A stretch of 63,703 nucleotides of DNA, counting the filler, from an uncultured Methanosarcinales archaeon (GTDB lineage: Archaea; Nanobdellota; Nanobdellia; Woesearchaeales; UBA12501): the NCBI GenBank assembly GCA_964397315.1. It is 3 parts of 3 records of this genome, joined end to end, with 100 filler letters (N's around TTAATTAATTAA, not from the genome) between each part and the next. Parts side by side here need not be neighbours in the genome. Positions count along the whole stretch, not along the records: positions 1 to 27,343 come from CAYNHV010000002.1; positions 27,444 to 46,778 come from CAYNHV010000003.1; 1 more part is not named here. One strand, 5' to 3'. The position numbers and the translations under genes were made by a program. This document shows positions 20,537-29,503 of the stretch, in pieces. The notes beneath the pieces are model-generated. The model made no database searches, was not told the DNA's origin, and saw nothing but the letters and a program-made list of their open reading frames with translations. How positions within the stretch are numbered: position 1 is the stretch's first letter; each line of letters begins with the position of its first letter.

Positions 20537-21932
20537 TTCCTTCTCTCTCCTGCTTTTCGTTTGCTTTTCCCGGTTTTTTTGCCTGGTTTTTCTTTTTCGT
20601 GATTTCCCCGCATAGTGGGCAGTTTTCGCTTTTTTCAAAGTCTGCTGTCATCAGGCTCATCTTTTGCTGGTCGTAGAAGATGGCTTTCTGGCCTTTGAGG
20701 TTTTCGCCGAATACGAGCTTTATGAATTGTGAGATGGCTATGCTGCTGATTGTGCTGTTGAGGTGTATTACTGAGGGTGTGGGGGTTTCGTTTGTGCCCC
20801 GGATGTATCCTGCTTTTTTGTAGTCCTCGGCTATTTCTTCTGTGGTTTCTTCCTGTGCTGCTTCGCTGAGGTCTATTCCGCCGTAGCATATCAGGCAGCC
20901 TTCTCCCGGAATGGTGGTTCTTACCTGGCCTCCGGCGTGGTAGCCCTTCTCTTCTGGTATTATTTCGCTGGCAGCGTCTATGTATGGGATGTCGTGCTCT
21001 GTGGAGATTTGGGTGATGGTTTTTCTTGCTGCTTCTGAGTCCACGCATCCCATTATGACCTGGGCGCTGGTGAGGGTTTCAAGAGTTTCTTTGTCCTGAA
21101 CTTTTTTGTTGACGATAAAGGTTTTAATGTTGGGGTTTTTGTGGGTTGCGTATCTGGCTGCTACCTGCACTTTGGGCTTGCCGATGTCTTCTCTTGTGGC
21201 GTAGGGTATTCTCGGCAAATTTGATTTTTCTATGATGTCATCGTCTATCAGGATGATTTCTCCTTTTCCTTCTCCAACCCCGAGGCAGACGAGCTTCTGG
21301 AATACTTCTGCTCCGATGCCGCCTGCTCCTATGATTGCAACTGTTAAGTTCGGCAGGGCGTGCTGTTTCCAGCCGGGGATGATGTGGTGCCTTGAATACA
21401 TTGCATCTTTCTCTTGTTCCTTCGGCGCTTCATGGTTGTGCATTATGATGGAGGGGCTTCCGAGCACTTCTATTCTTTCCAGTGGAACGAATTCGTTTTT
21501 TGAGTAATTGAAAATCATTCCCGAATATGAGGTGGCGTGGCTGTTGAACACTATGAGGCTGAAGTCCAGGCGCGGCTTGCATTTTGAGAGGAACTCTGCG
21601 TTTCTTCTGCCTTCAGCGTGGTCTGTGCCGCTGAATGATGGGGTTTGCTGGAAGGGATGGCTGTGCACGTCAATCAGTGTGCTTCCGTTTTTCGCTGCCA
21701 CCTCATAGGCCTTGAGCTGGAATTCCTTTTTAGGCTCTACAAACGCGGCCTTGTGCGTTTTCATTTCCTTTTCATCCGGTATCAGTATTTCCTTTACCGA
21801 ATAAGCAAATGTGTCGGGATTGGGTTTTGTCTTCTCACAAAGGATGAAAAGAAATTGCTCCCTCTCATCACTCATGAGATGTTGTCTGATAATTTCATAA
21901 TCGCGGCTTGTCATTCTCAGCAAATGCTTCAT
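20442..21932 (-). CDS. JAB/JAMM peptidase fused to ThiF/E1-like adenylating enzyme
   Basis: E25, H90-S-H92, S101-x-x-D104; GAGGIG, DDDIIEKSNLPR, GKPKV, GCVD, CLIC and CPLC. Confidence 0.9.
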   Translation of the reverse strand: MKHLLRMTSRDYEIIRQHLMSDEREQFLFILCEKTKPNPDTFAYSVKEILIPDEKEMKTHKAAFVEPKKEFQLKAYEVAAKNGSTLIDVHSHPFQQTPSFSGTDHAEGRRNAEFLSKCKPRLDFSLIVFNSHATSYSGMIFNYSKNEFVPLERIEVLGSPSIIMHNHEAPKEQEKDAMYSRHHIIPGWKQHALPNLTVAIIGAGGIGAEVFQKLVCLGVGEGKGEIILIDDDIIEKSNLPRIPYATREDIGKPKVQVAARYATHKNPNIKTFIVNKKVQDKETLETLTSAQVIMGCVDSEAARKTITQISTEHDIPYIDAASEIIPEEKGYHAGGQVRTTIPGEGCLICYGGIDLSEAAQEETTEEIAEDYKKAGYIRGTNETPTPSVIHLNSTISSIAISQFIKLVFGENLKGQKAIFYDQQKMSLMTADFEKSENCPLCGEITKKKNQAKKPGKANEKQEREGNEKTKGKTGPQAHRTQQQEVPGEFHPSRHNK

Positions 21933-21945
21933 CTTGCTACTCCCT

Positions 21946-22557
21946 TCACGTTTTGGGGTTTTTCATGTCCGCCCTTATCATCTCTATTAACACTATCAGG
22001 TCGTCATAGTTGGGATCCCACTTGATGTTTTCATAGCACCACCAGGCCCAATAAGGGTCATCCCTGAAATTGCTTCCTTCGTGAAGGTCTCCGGGTTTTC
22101 TGCCGTGGTAGCGCAGGCTTGAGGGGACGAATATACGGTGGCTGCCCACTCCCGGCGGGGAGAGTGGGTAATCCGGCGGGATCTCTATGAGAATGGGGAT
22201 TCTGCTGAGGTTGTAGCCCGTGGGCAGGTGAACATCGTGAACTTTTATGTGGGAGCCGTCCTCTGAAACGTCCACGGGGCAGGCATAGGAGAGGGCGTCA
22301 ATGTGGTATAAGAGGGTGGGGAAAGGGGCGCTGTGCGCCCCTCCCCTTTTATGTGAGGGAACATCAGCGATGCTGTAGTCCTCGGGAAAAACAAAATTAC
22401 CGCTTGAAGGCACGAGCCGGTTACCACCTCCCGGTGCCTGCAGGACAAGAGACCTGTCGGATGGTATTCCGGCTGCCTTTCTCACGTCTTCAGACCAGAC
22501 AGTTCCGCTTTCGTTTGAGCGAATGTCAACTTCTTTGCCGTTCACAACTCTCCTCAT
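21946..22557 (-). CDS. Ubiquitin-like domain (ends KRGG73) fused to prokaryotic E2/UBC-like domain
   Basis: Internal di-Gly; LPTGYN, LIEIPPDYPLSPP, WAWWC174, WDP..DDL resemble Prok-E2 family E. Confidence 0.75.
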   Translation of the reverse strand: MRRVVNGKEVDIRSNESGTVWSEDVRKAAGIPSDRSLVLQAPGGGNRLVPSSGNFVFPEDYSIADVPSHKRGGAHSAPFPTLLYHIDALSYACPVDVSEDGSHIKVHDVHLPTGYNLSRIPILIEIPPDYPLSPPGVGSHRIFVPSSLRYHGRKPGDLHEGSNFRDDPYWAWWCYENIKWDPNYDDLIVLIEMIRADMKNPKT

Positions 22558-22799
22558 TTTATTACTCCTTTCCTGATGAGTTTTCTCTTGTTATACCTTA
22601 CATACCCAGAGGAGGCGGGCTTTTGAAAGCCCTGCCTTGTGGGTGCGACAGCCTGAAGCAAGGCCCTGAACTGCTGCAGCACGAACAGGGCAAGCTCGGC
22701 CAGCTTAACTCCCAGAAGGATTGTCAGGCAGCCTGCGACAAACCAGCACCCGAACCACATGAGCGCCTCGGAAAACTGAATCATTGCGTCAGCGTTCAT
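22554..22799 (-). CDS. Small single-TM protein
   Basis: SD AAGGAG; hydrophobic segment; ATGA overlap with Ubl-E2. Confidence 0.6.
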   Translation of the reverse strand: MNADAMIQFSEALMWFGCWFVAGCLTILLGVKLAELALFVLQQFRALLQAVAPTRQGFQKPASSGYVRYNKRKLIRKGVIK

Positions 22800-22815
22800 A
22801 GCAAAACTCCTTTCC

Positions 22816-23052
22816 CTAAATCGCTTCCTCAGAAGCATCTTCTGAGAAGCTTTCCTCTATTGGGTGCATCTGGCCTGGCTTAAGCTCAAAGATGACGGGC
22901 ACGTTATTCCCGGGTTGGAAGAAAGTGGCCATTTTTAAGGAGCCGCTGGAGCATTTGCCGGATTTGCAGGCCCAGAGCCTTTGGTTTTTGCCGCGGCATT
23001 GGATTTCAAGGGTTTTCTCGCCGCATTTGGGGCATTTTGCTTTGTTTTGCAT
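22816..23052 (-). CDS. Small Zn-ribbon protein
   Basis: CPKC...WAC....C. Confidence 0.65.
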   Translation of the reverse strand: MQNKAKCPKCGEKTLEIQCRGKNQRLWACKSGKCSSGSLKMATFFQPGNNVPVIFELKPGQMHPIEESFSEDASEEAI

Positions 23053-23091
23053 TTGATTTTCCTTTCTTTGGGGGTTGGGGTGGTTTTCTTT

Positions 23092-23361
23092 CTATTGCCT
23101 TTTCTTTTTGTTTGCTTTCTGGCCTTTATCACCTCCTCCCTGCTGCTTGGGGTATGTGTTGTTCCTTCCTGTTATTAGGCAATATTGGCATGTGCTCACA
23201 GTATGGCTTATAAGTTGCTGTGTGAGGGCAACATTCTTTGAAGCGCCTGATTTTGCTCCGTTTTTCTGCATTTGCCTTTCCCCGGATTTGCTCCTGATTT
23301 TCACCTTGCTTTCCCATAAGATTTCCTTAAGATTGGCCGTGATTGCTCCTGTATTACTCAT
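23092..23361 (-). CDS. Small basic hypothetical protein
   Basis: SD AGGAGG; start overlaps the upstream gene end; CQYC. Confidence 0.45.
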   Translation of the reverse strand: MSNTGAITANLKEILWESKVKIRSKSGERQMQKNGAKSGASKNVALTQQLISHTVSTCQYCLITGRNNTYPKQQGGGDKGQKANKKKRQ

Positions 23362-23767
23362 ATTCCTCCTGATAGCCTCCTTTCTTACGGGTGAAGGGAG
23401 CGTATTCATCAAGGCTTATATAATTGAATGGGAGTTCAGAAGAAGGCTTTTTCGTGGGTGGGTTCTCGACCACAAGCAGGTTGTTTTCAAGAAGTTCAGG
23501 GTTGAACCTGTGCCCAAGCCCGGTGAGGCATTCAATCAACTCACCGGCAGAATCCTTGCCGATTACCTTGCCAAGCCTTTTTCTAAGCTCAAACAGGGAG
23601 TTATCATCAATTTTTTCATCACCTGGGATATAGGGAAGCTCTTCAACCGTGAAGCTTAGATAATAAAGGAGCTTCAGAAGGGCAGCTGGCAGCTTGATGT
23701 ACTCCCCATTCTTGTAGAAGCGCCATGTTTTGGCGTTGAATCGGTATTTGGGGTTTTGTTGTGCCAT
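23354..23767 (-). CDS. OmpR/PhoB-type winged-helix DNA-binding protein (stand-alone)
   Basis: GEYIKL....KLL.YL, LFELRKRL, IECLTGLGHRF. Confidence 0.65.
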   Translation of the reverse strand: MAQQNPKYRFNAKTWRFYKNGEYIKLPAALLKLLYYLSFTVEELPYIPGDEKIDDNSLFELRKRLGKVIGKDSAGELIECLTGLGHRFNPELLENNLLVVENPPTKKPSSELPFNYISLDEYAPFTRKKGGYQEEYE

Positions 23768-24201
23768 AGTGTCCAGCCTTGTTTAAATGCAGGGGTTACT
23801 TGCCTTCTTCACCTTTTACTCGTATTTTTTCCTGCAACTTTTTTGATTGCCGATCCTGATGTAGATATAAGTGAACAATTTTCCACGAATGAAATAGAGG
23901 ATGATTGGCATTTGAACTCTCCTAGCCTTCGATTATGAAAACAGCATACCATAGATAGCAGTGTGAAGAAAAATATTTTATTTAACCTGTCTTTTTCGGA
24001 AATATATCTTTACAAACAGGCAGTTATGAGACATGACCGGTTAAAAATTGGCCTTTTTTTGAGGCTTTTTGGTTTTTGCGGCACGGCTTATCCGATTTTT
24101 CATTCAAATCAGCCACTTATGTGACACAGAAGAAAACGAAAAATTTATAAATACCGGCGAATCGGGGATATACAGTTTATTAACCACTTAAACGTAATAA
24201 A

Positions 24202-25008
24202 ATGGAGTACGAGGGATTTGATAGGGAAGAAGCTAGAAGGTTGTTTGCTTACACTCAGGAAGTGTTTTTCAGCAGACCTAGGCCCATTACGGGATTAGAG
24301 GACAGAATTAGGGCACCACCTATTGTTGCGAATTTTGAACACTTAGAAAGGATTTGCCGTAAATTTGACTTGCCGGTAGATATTTTTTATGATAATAAGC
24401 AAGAGGTTGATCTGAATTGGAGGAATTTTTACGAGTTTTTGCTGGATGACAGGGTACCGTCTAACTTGAAGCGTTTGTCTGGGGAAACTTATCCGGTGTT
24501 GCGGACTGTTTCTCAGTTGTATGAGTCAATAAAGGATTTTGATTTGCCGAGAAATCGCTATCCATATAAGTCCGAAGATCTCGGTAAGCAGGTATATTTG
24601 TATGTTATGAGGACTGCACCATACACATCTCCTGATGAGTCAGAGCAGGTTGAGATGCTTAGCAAGGCGCTTTTCATGACGAGGGACGATTTGGCGTCCA
24701 GGTCGGGGTTAACAAAGAATTATATTACTCGTTTAGAGAAGGGTAACTCTAAGTTGAAGTGGGAGCATATGAATAGGTTAGGTAAAGCGCTTGGTGTTTA
24801 TGAGCATGCTACAGGCACATCAGACTTTTGTGAATACAAAGCTCACAGGCTGGATAAAAGATTCAGGCAATTTTTAAGCGATACCACTGTTCCATCTTTT
24901 AGCAGGGATAGGTTGCCGAGGGTGGAGCATATTCATCCAGACTTGAAATATTCGGTTACCGGAATGTATTTTCTGCTAAAACATTTTAAAGAAATGGAAA
25001 GGTCATGA
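24202..25008 (+). CDS. XRE-family HTH-containing protein
   Basis: MTRDDLASRSGLTKNYITRLEKG......MNRLGKALGV. Confidence 0.7.
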   Translation: MEYEGFDREEARRLFAYTQEVFFSRPRPITGLEDRIRAPPIVANFEHLERICRKFDLPVDIFYDNKQEVDLNWRNFYEFLLDDRVPSNLKRLSGETYPVLRTVSQLYESIKDFDLPRNRYPYKSEDLGKQVYLYVMRTAPYTSPDESEQVEMLSKALFMTRDDLASRSGLTKNYITRLEKGNSKLKWEHMNRLGKALGVYEHATGTSDFCEYKAHRLDKRFRQFLSDTTVPSFSRDRLPRVEHIHPDLKYSVTGMYFLLKHFKEMERS

Positions 25009-27343
25009 AGGACGCGAGTAAATTCCTTAAGCTTGTCCGAAAGGTTGTTGTCCTTAGAGATAAGCACAAATTTAAAGAAAATCAGCAGTATCGTATTTGT
25101 GAGTTGCTTTCGGACTATAATTTTCACACGTATCGAGAGATTTATGATTATTTAAGATGTATCTTGTGCGATGATGGCTCTCCTATTATCAGGACAGAAT
25201 TCGACGAACACAACATTATAGTTCAGATCAATAAAATTCAAAAGAAATTCAATGATTACTTTTTAGTCGGTGATGGAGCAGGTTCTAATCAACAAGTTAA
25301 GATATTACAATTTAACAAGCGGCAAAAACAAGGACAGGGAGAGAATGGTTGCCAATTATTATGGGATAAAAAAGTCATGCCGAAGCCTATTTCTGTTGCG
25401 AAAGAAGAAATTGGAAGCAAAAGAGGACCTGAAATTAATGACAAAGCGTTTTGGGAAGCGAAGTTTAAGGAATACTTACAAAAGCTTGTTGAAGATGAGC
25501 GGTTTTCTCGTTGGGCAGGGAAGGACAAGTACATCGAGCAGCAGACTCTAACTCCTGACAAATCTGAAAAGAAGAAGGATTTATTTGATTATGTTGAGAG
25601 AACAAAGGAATTCAGGAAAAGGGAATTGAAGGGTGAGGGTATTTCTCCTGAATCTTTCGGCTATATTTCCGGGAAGATTCTAGATTTTTTGGGGAAGGCA
25701 GAGAATAAGAAGGCTCTTATTGTTGGCGAGCCTGGTATTGGCAAGACCTCTGCTGTTGAGAAATATTTTTACGATGTTGCTATTGAAGAGTTGAGGAAGA
25801 GTTCCCCTCAAATAATTCCAATATTTCTCGAATCTATTTTCGCACGTAATAAATCATCCTTTTTCGATTTCATTATTGAAGGACTTGAGAACACTATTTC
25901 TGATTTCAGAAGTTTGAGTGAGGATAACCTTGACGATTTTATTGAAAATGGGCGAATCCTTTTGATATTAGACGGTTTTAATGAAATTACTAGCAATGAT
26001 TTAAGGGAGGACATTGAATGTTGGATAAATCGAGGTAATCATAAGAAGCTTAAATGCTTTATTACCACAAGGAAGTTTTTGCATCCCAAATTTCTGAATG
26101 ATTTTGAGCGTTTTGAGTTGCAGTATTTTGATAAAAACAGAGATATACGAAAATTTCTTGAAGTACACTATCCAAAAAAGGCAGCAGGCGCATTGAAACA
26201 AATTGAAAAGCAAAATCTCTTAGGATTGGCCAGCGTTCCCTTTTATTTGAACGCAATTGGAAAAATCTATCAACCGAATGAGGAGCTACCTCCGACTAAA
26301 GGGAAGCTTCTTGAAAGGTTGGTTGAAATCGAATATCTAAAAAAGCGTGAACAAAAAGATGTTGCACTTGACGATAATGACATCGCAGAGATTCTTCCCA
26401 TAATAGCCTTTAAAATCAATAGAAACAGAAGTATAAATTGGGAAATTAGTTTTGACCAAGACAGATACAATGCAATAATTAACGAGTTGCCTGCTGAACG
26501 AAAGCCAGGAAAGGATTTTAAGAATAAAACCATGAGAACGGGCTTATTACACAATGTACATAAAGAATCATTTTTTACTCACCAGATACTTTCCGAATAT
26601 TTCGCAGCATTGGAATTAAAAAGACGGCTTTTAGAGAATGAAGAAGGGCTGCGGGATGAAAAATTTCAGAAGGGTTATCTTAATTATCTTAAATGGACCG
26701 AACCAATATCATTGATGATGGGATTGATTGATGATTTGAATCATGAAAGTCGTATTGTTGTGATTGCCATGGAAGTCGACCTTCTACTTGCGGCAAAACT
26801 GTCCGGTTGTGTAAAGGAGGAACATCAGGACAACACGTTATCAGCATTACTAAGAAAGAAATTGGATAAGTATTCAACGATAGAGATATTGAAAGAGAAT
26901 CAAACAAAATATGCAGCTAATAGACTAACGAATATGTTTAATACGGAAGATAAATTACTTAAACATCTTATAGTTGATGCAATGCTATATATTGATTATG
27001 AATCTGTAGTTTCTGATATTGTTGGAATTATAATAGACAAGGATGAAAGTAGAATTGAACGAAAGTTGGCAATCCGGAAGGTGGGAGAAATCGGTGATAA
27101 ATCTGCTGTCTCTGAGCTTGTTGTTATTAGTAAAGACAAGGGCGAAGACAGTTCGGTTCGGAATTCGGCAATATACGCATTGGGGGAAATCGGTGATGAA
27201 TCTGCTGTCTCTGAGCTTGTTATTATTAGTAAAGACAAGGGCGAAGACAGTTCTGTTCGGGATTCGGCAATAAACGCATTGGGAAAAGTCGGTGATAAAT
27301 CTATTGCCCATGAGCTTGTTGGGATACTCAAGGATAAGGATGA
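25005..27343 (+). CDS. NACHT (STAND) NTPase with HEAT repeats, truncated at contig end
   Basis: GEPGIGKT, LLILDGFNEI, ITTR, LASVPFYL, FTHQILSEYFAA; ALGEIGD HEAT units. Confidence 0.9.
27082..27343 (+). repeat. 99-bp coding tandem repeat (HEAT units)
   Basis: Units start at 27082, 27181 and 27280; the first two differ at 6 positions; the contig breaks inside the array. Confidence 0.9.
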
Positions 27344-27443
27344 NNNNNNNNNNNNNNNNNNNNNNNNNNNNNNNNNNNNNNNNNNNNTTAATTAATTAAN
27401 NNNNNNNNNNNNNNNNNNNNNNNNNNNNNNNNNNNNNNNNNNN
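27344..27443. other. Artificial contig spacer
   Basis: N44-TTAATTAATTAA-N44. Confidence 0.97.
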
Positions 27444-27601
27444 AATCGCCGTCAAACTGAAACAACAGAAAATATTTCATATTTTCTTAGTTCCAAAAAC
27501 AAGCTTTGAAACATTTATGTTTCAGTTAGGCGATTGCTCGGATTTTTATGATTTGCCAGTTCTCCATCTCTTTGTGATAATGAAGCCAATGCAGCCCTAT
27601 A

Positions 27602-28183
27602 TTACGGCTTGCTTTTCATCGCAAGAAGGGATATTGTGAATATCGCAACTATGAGAATGAACAGCATGCCAAGAACCTTTGGATGGAATATGGTGGCGCT
27701 CACGTTCTGGCCGAATGAAGGTGTTCCGGTGCCATCATCCCTGGATTCCGCACCTGAGTCAGAAGCTTCTCCTCCATTTTCAGATGATTCAGAAAGCAGC
27801 CTCTGGCCGTAAACATTAGAGAAAGACGCAACAACTATGACAATGACAATTATGACTATTACCCATATGACCACATTGTCGCTCTTAAGCACTCCTGCTA
27901 TGTCCTCGTCACTCGCCCCGAATATCTTGTAGGCCACCAGCACGAAAAGTATGAATATGAACAAGAGCGCGAACCAGGGAATCATGACTGAAATAATCTT
28001 GGTGATGTCAGGCACCATTATCACAAGAAGCCCGACCACCAGGGCGATGATGCCGTGGAGTCCCTTGTTGTCCCCGAATATCTTGGCCATCTGGAATATG
28101 CCATAGACAATAGCGATGACAAACACAAGAGAGAATATTATGGTGAAATGCTCCAGAATCCCTGACTCAAGTATTGTCACCAT
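27602..28183 (-). CDS. Membrane protein, paralog 3 of tandem trio
   Basis: LVFVIAIVYGI...K.FG.NK....IIALVVGLL. Confidence 0.85.
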   Translation of the reverse strand: MVTILESGILEHFTIIFSLVFVIAIVYGIFQMAKIFGDNKGLHGIIALVVGLLVIMVPDITKIISVMIPWFALLFIFILFVLVAYKIFGASDEDIAGVLKSDNVVIWVIVIIVIVIVVASFSNVYGQRLLSESSENGGEASDSGAESRDDGTGTPSFGQNVSATIFHPKVLGMLFILIVAIFTISLLAMKSKP

Positions 28184-28212
28184 TTTTTACTACGTTTTAG
28201 TTCGGGAATATG

Positions 28213-28800
28213 CTAATGTCCCGGCCTCTTGAAAAAGTCTGATATGCTCTTCAAAGTGCCCTCTCCTTTTGACTCCTTTGGCTCCCTGACTATGAAGTAG
28301 GTTATGAGCCCGAAGACCAGCAGCACTATTATGAGGGCCTGAGTGTCAGGATCCCTCAGCCAGTCAAGCCAGCCTGCATAGGTCCAGAAGTTGGCTGCCG
28401 CGCCGAAGATATAAACCACAAGCACAAAGGCTAGAACGGCTATGAAGCCCGCGAAAGGCCCTGTCACCCAGTTGGCCTCCCCTCCAAAAAGCCCTATGAG
28501 GAGCAGGACCATTATCACAGCCACTATAAGAAGGGACACCTGGGGCAGGGCCCTGTTCATTATGTCAACCACATCATATTGTGAGGGATACCTTCCTGTA
28601 ACATGGGGTATCACCACGGCAAGAGCAAGAAGAAGAGCCACAATAACATTAAGGTTCTTCTTCTCCCTCGGCTCTCCAAGCATCTTTGTCTTCTGCATTA
28701 CAGCAAAAACAATAGCAAAAACAAGGAAGAAAGGCACAATCACGTCAGCAACACCTATCTGATCAAGCCATATTATTGCGTTCTCAAAGTATGACACCAT
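28213..28800 (-). CDS. Membrane protein, paralog 2 of tandem trio
   Basis: DVIVPFFLVFAIVFAVMQKTK.LG....KNLNVIVA. Confidence 0.85.
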   Translation of the reverse strand: MVSYFENAIIWLDQIGVADVIVPFFLVFAIVFAVMQKTKMLGEPREKKNLNVIVALLLALAVVIPHVTGRYPSQYDVVDIMNRALPQVSLLIVAVIMVLLLIGLFGGEANWVTGPFAGFIAVLAFVLVVYIFGAAANFWTYAGWLDWLRDPDTQALIIVLLVFGLITYFIVREPKESKGEGTLKSISDFFKRPGH

Positions 28801-28818
28801 TTTCTGACCCCTCTTTTA

Positions 28819-29397
28819 TCATTCTTCTCCCCCTCCACCTTTTGAGGGTTTTTTCTCGTGCGTGATAAAGAGTATGACTATTATCACAACCACAAGCAGG
28901 ATTATTGAGGCTGTGTAGCTTGTCGCCCAGTTGTTTGCAAGGAAATTCCAGAAAACCCCGAGCCAGCTTTCCCCTCCCTCTGTCTTTATAGCATTGAGGA
29001 ATATCATCACTATTATGACAAACACCACGATCATGAAGAAGCTCCTCCAGCTCCCGACCAGAGAGACCTGCTCTTCATAATGGTAGAATGAGCCCACAAG
29101 CAGCAGGAAGCTTATTGAGACAAGCAGCAGGAGGACTATGTTGGCCATTGCCTCATTGATTGCAGCCACAAGCCTGGTTGATATCACCACAAGGAAGCCC
29201 ACCACAAACGCGACAATCGCATTGATGTTCTTCTTTGTGTACTCAACCCCTTCTATCTTCTCCACGCCAAGGACTCTTGTCTTTTCCAGCACAGCGAACA
29301 CTATGGCAAAAACGAGAAGAAAGGGCAGCACAACATCATAGATTCCAATTTCATCAAGGAATAGCAGTGCACCTCTGAACACTGATTCATCAGCCAT
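28819..29397 (-). CDS. Membrane protein, paralog 1 of tandem trio
   Basis: DVVLPFLLVFAIVFAVLEKT..LG...KNINAIVA; start moved to 29397 because ATG 29424 abuts a BRE/TATA (CGAAACATTTATATA). Confidence 0.85.
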   Translation of the reverse strand: MADESVFRGALLFLDEIGIYDVVLPFLLVFAIVFAVLEKTRVLGVEKIEGVEYTKKNINAIVAFVVGFLVVISTRLVAAINEAMANIVLLLLVSISFLLLVGSFYHYEEQVSLVGSWRSFFMIVVFVIIVMIFLNAIKTEGGESWLGVFWNFLANNWATSYTASIILLVVVIIVILFITHEKKPSKGGGGEE

Positions 29398-29503
29398 TAT
29401 GAGCTGAATTAAATGGTTGTTCATATATAAATGTTTCGTTTTAAAAAACTTTATAAAAAGCCCTTATTAACTTAATATCAGCGCACAGAGAGGTGGGTTT
29501 AAG

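Noticed and set aside
20442..21932. ThiF/MoeB for thiamine or molybdopterin synthesis, or CBASS Cap2/Cap3
   Set aside because: No cofactor-pathway genes or CD-NTase nearby; it is JAB-fused and next to a Ubl-E2 gene.
15513..23767. Tailed prophage or classical ICE
   Set aside because: No recognisable structural, terminase, relaxase or mating-pair genes, although the contig is incomplete.
27082..27279. Near-identical 99-bp copies as a DGR template/variable pair or CRISPR array
   Set aside because: In-frame tandem HEAT units without spacers; mismatches are not confined to adenines of one copy; no reverse transcriptase or cas gene seen.
27344..27443. TTAATTAATTAA inside N runs (also 46779-46878)
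   Set aside because: Identical six-frame-stop linker; an artificial join, so no cross-contig synteny was inferred.
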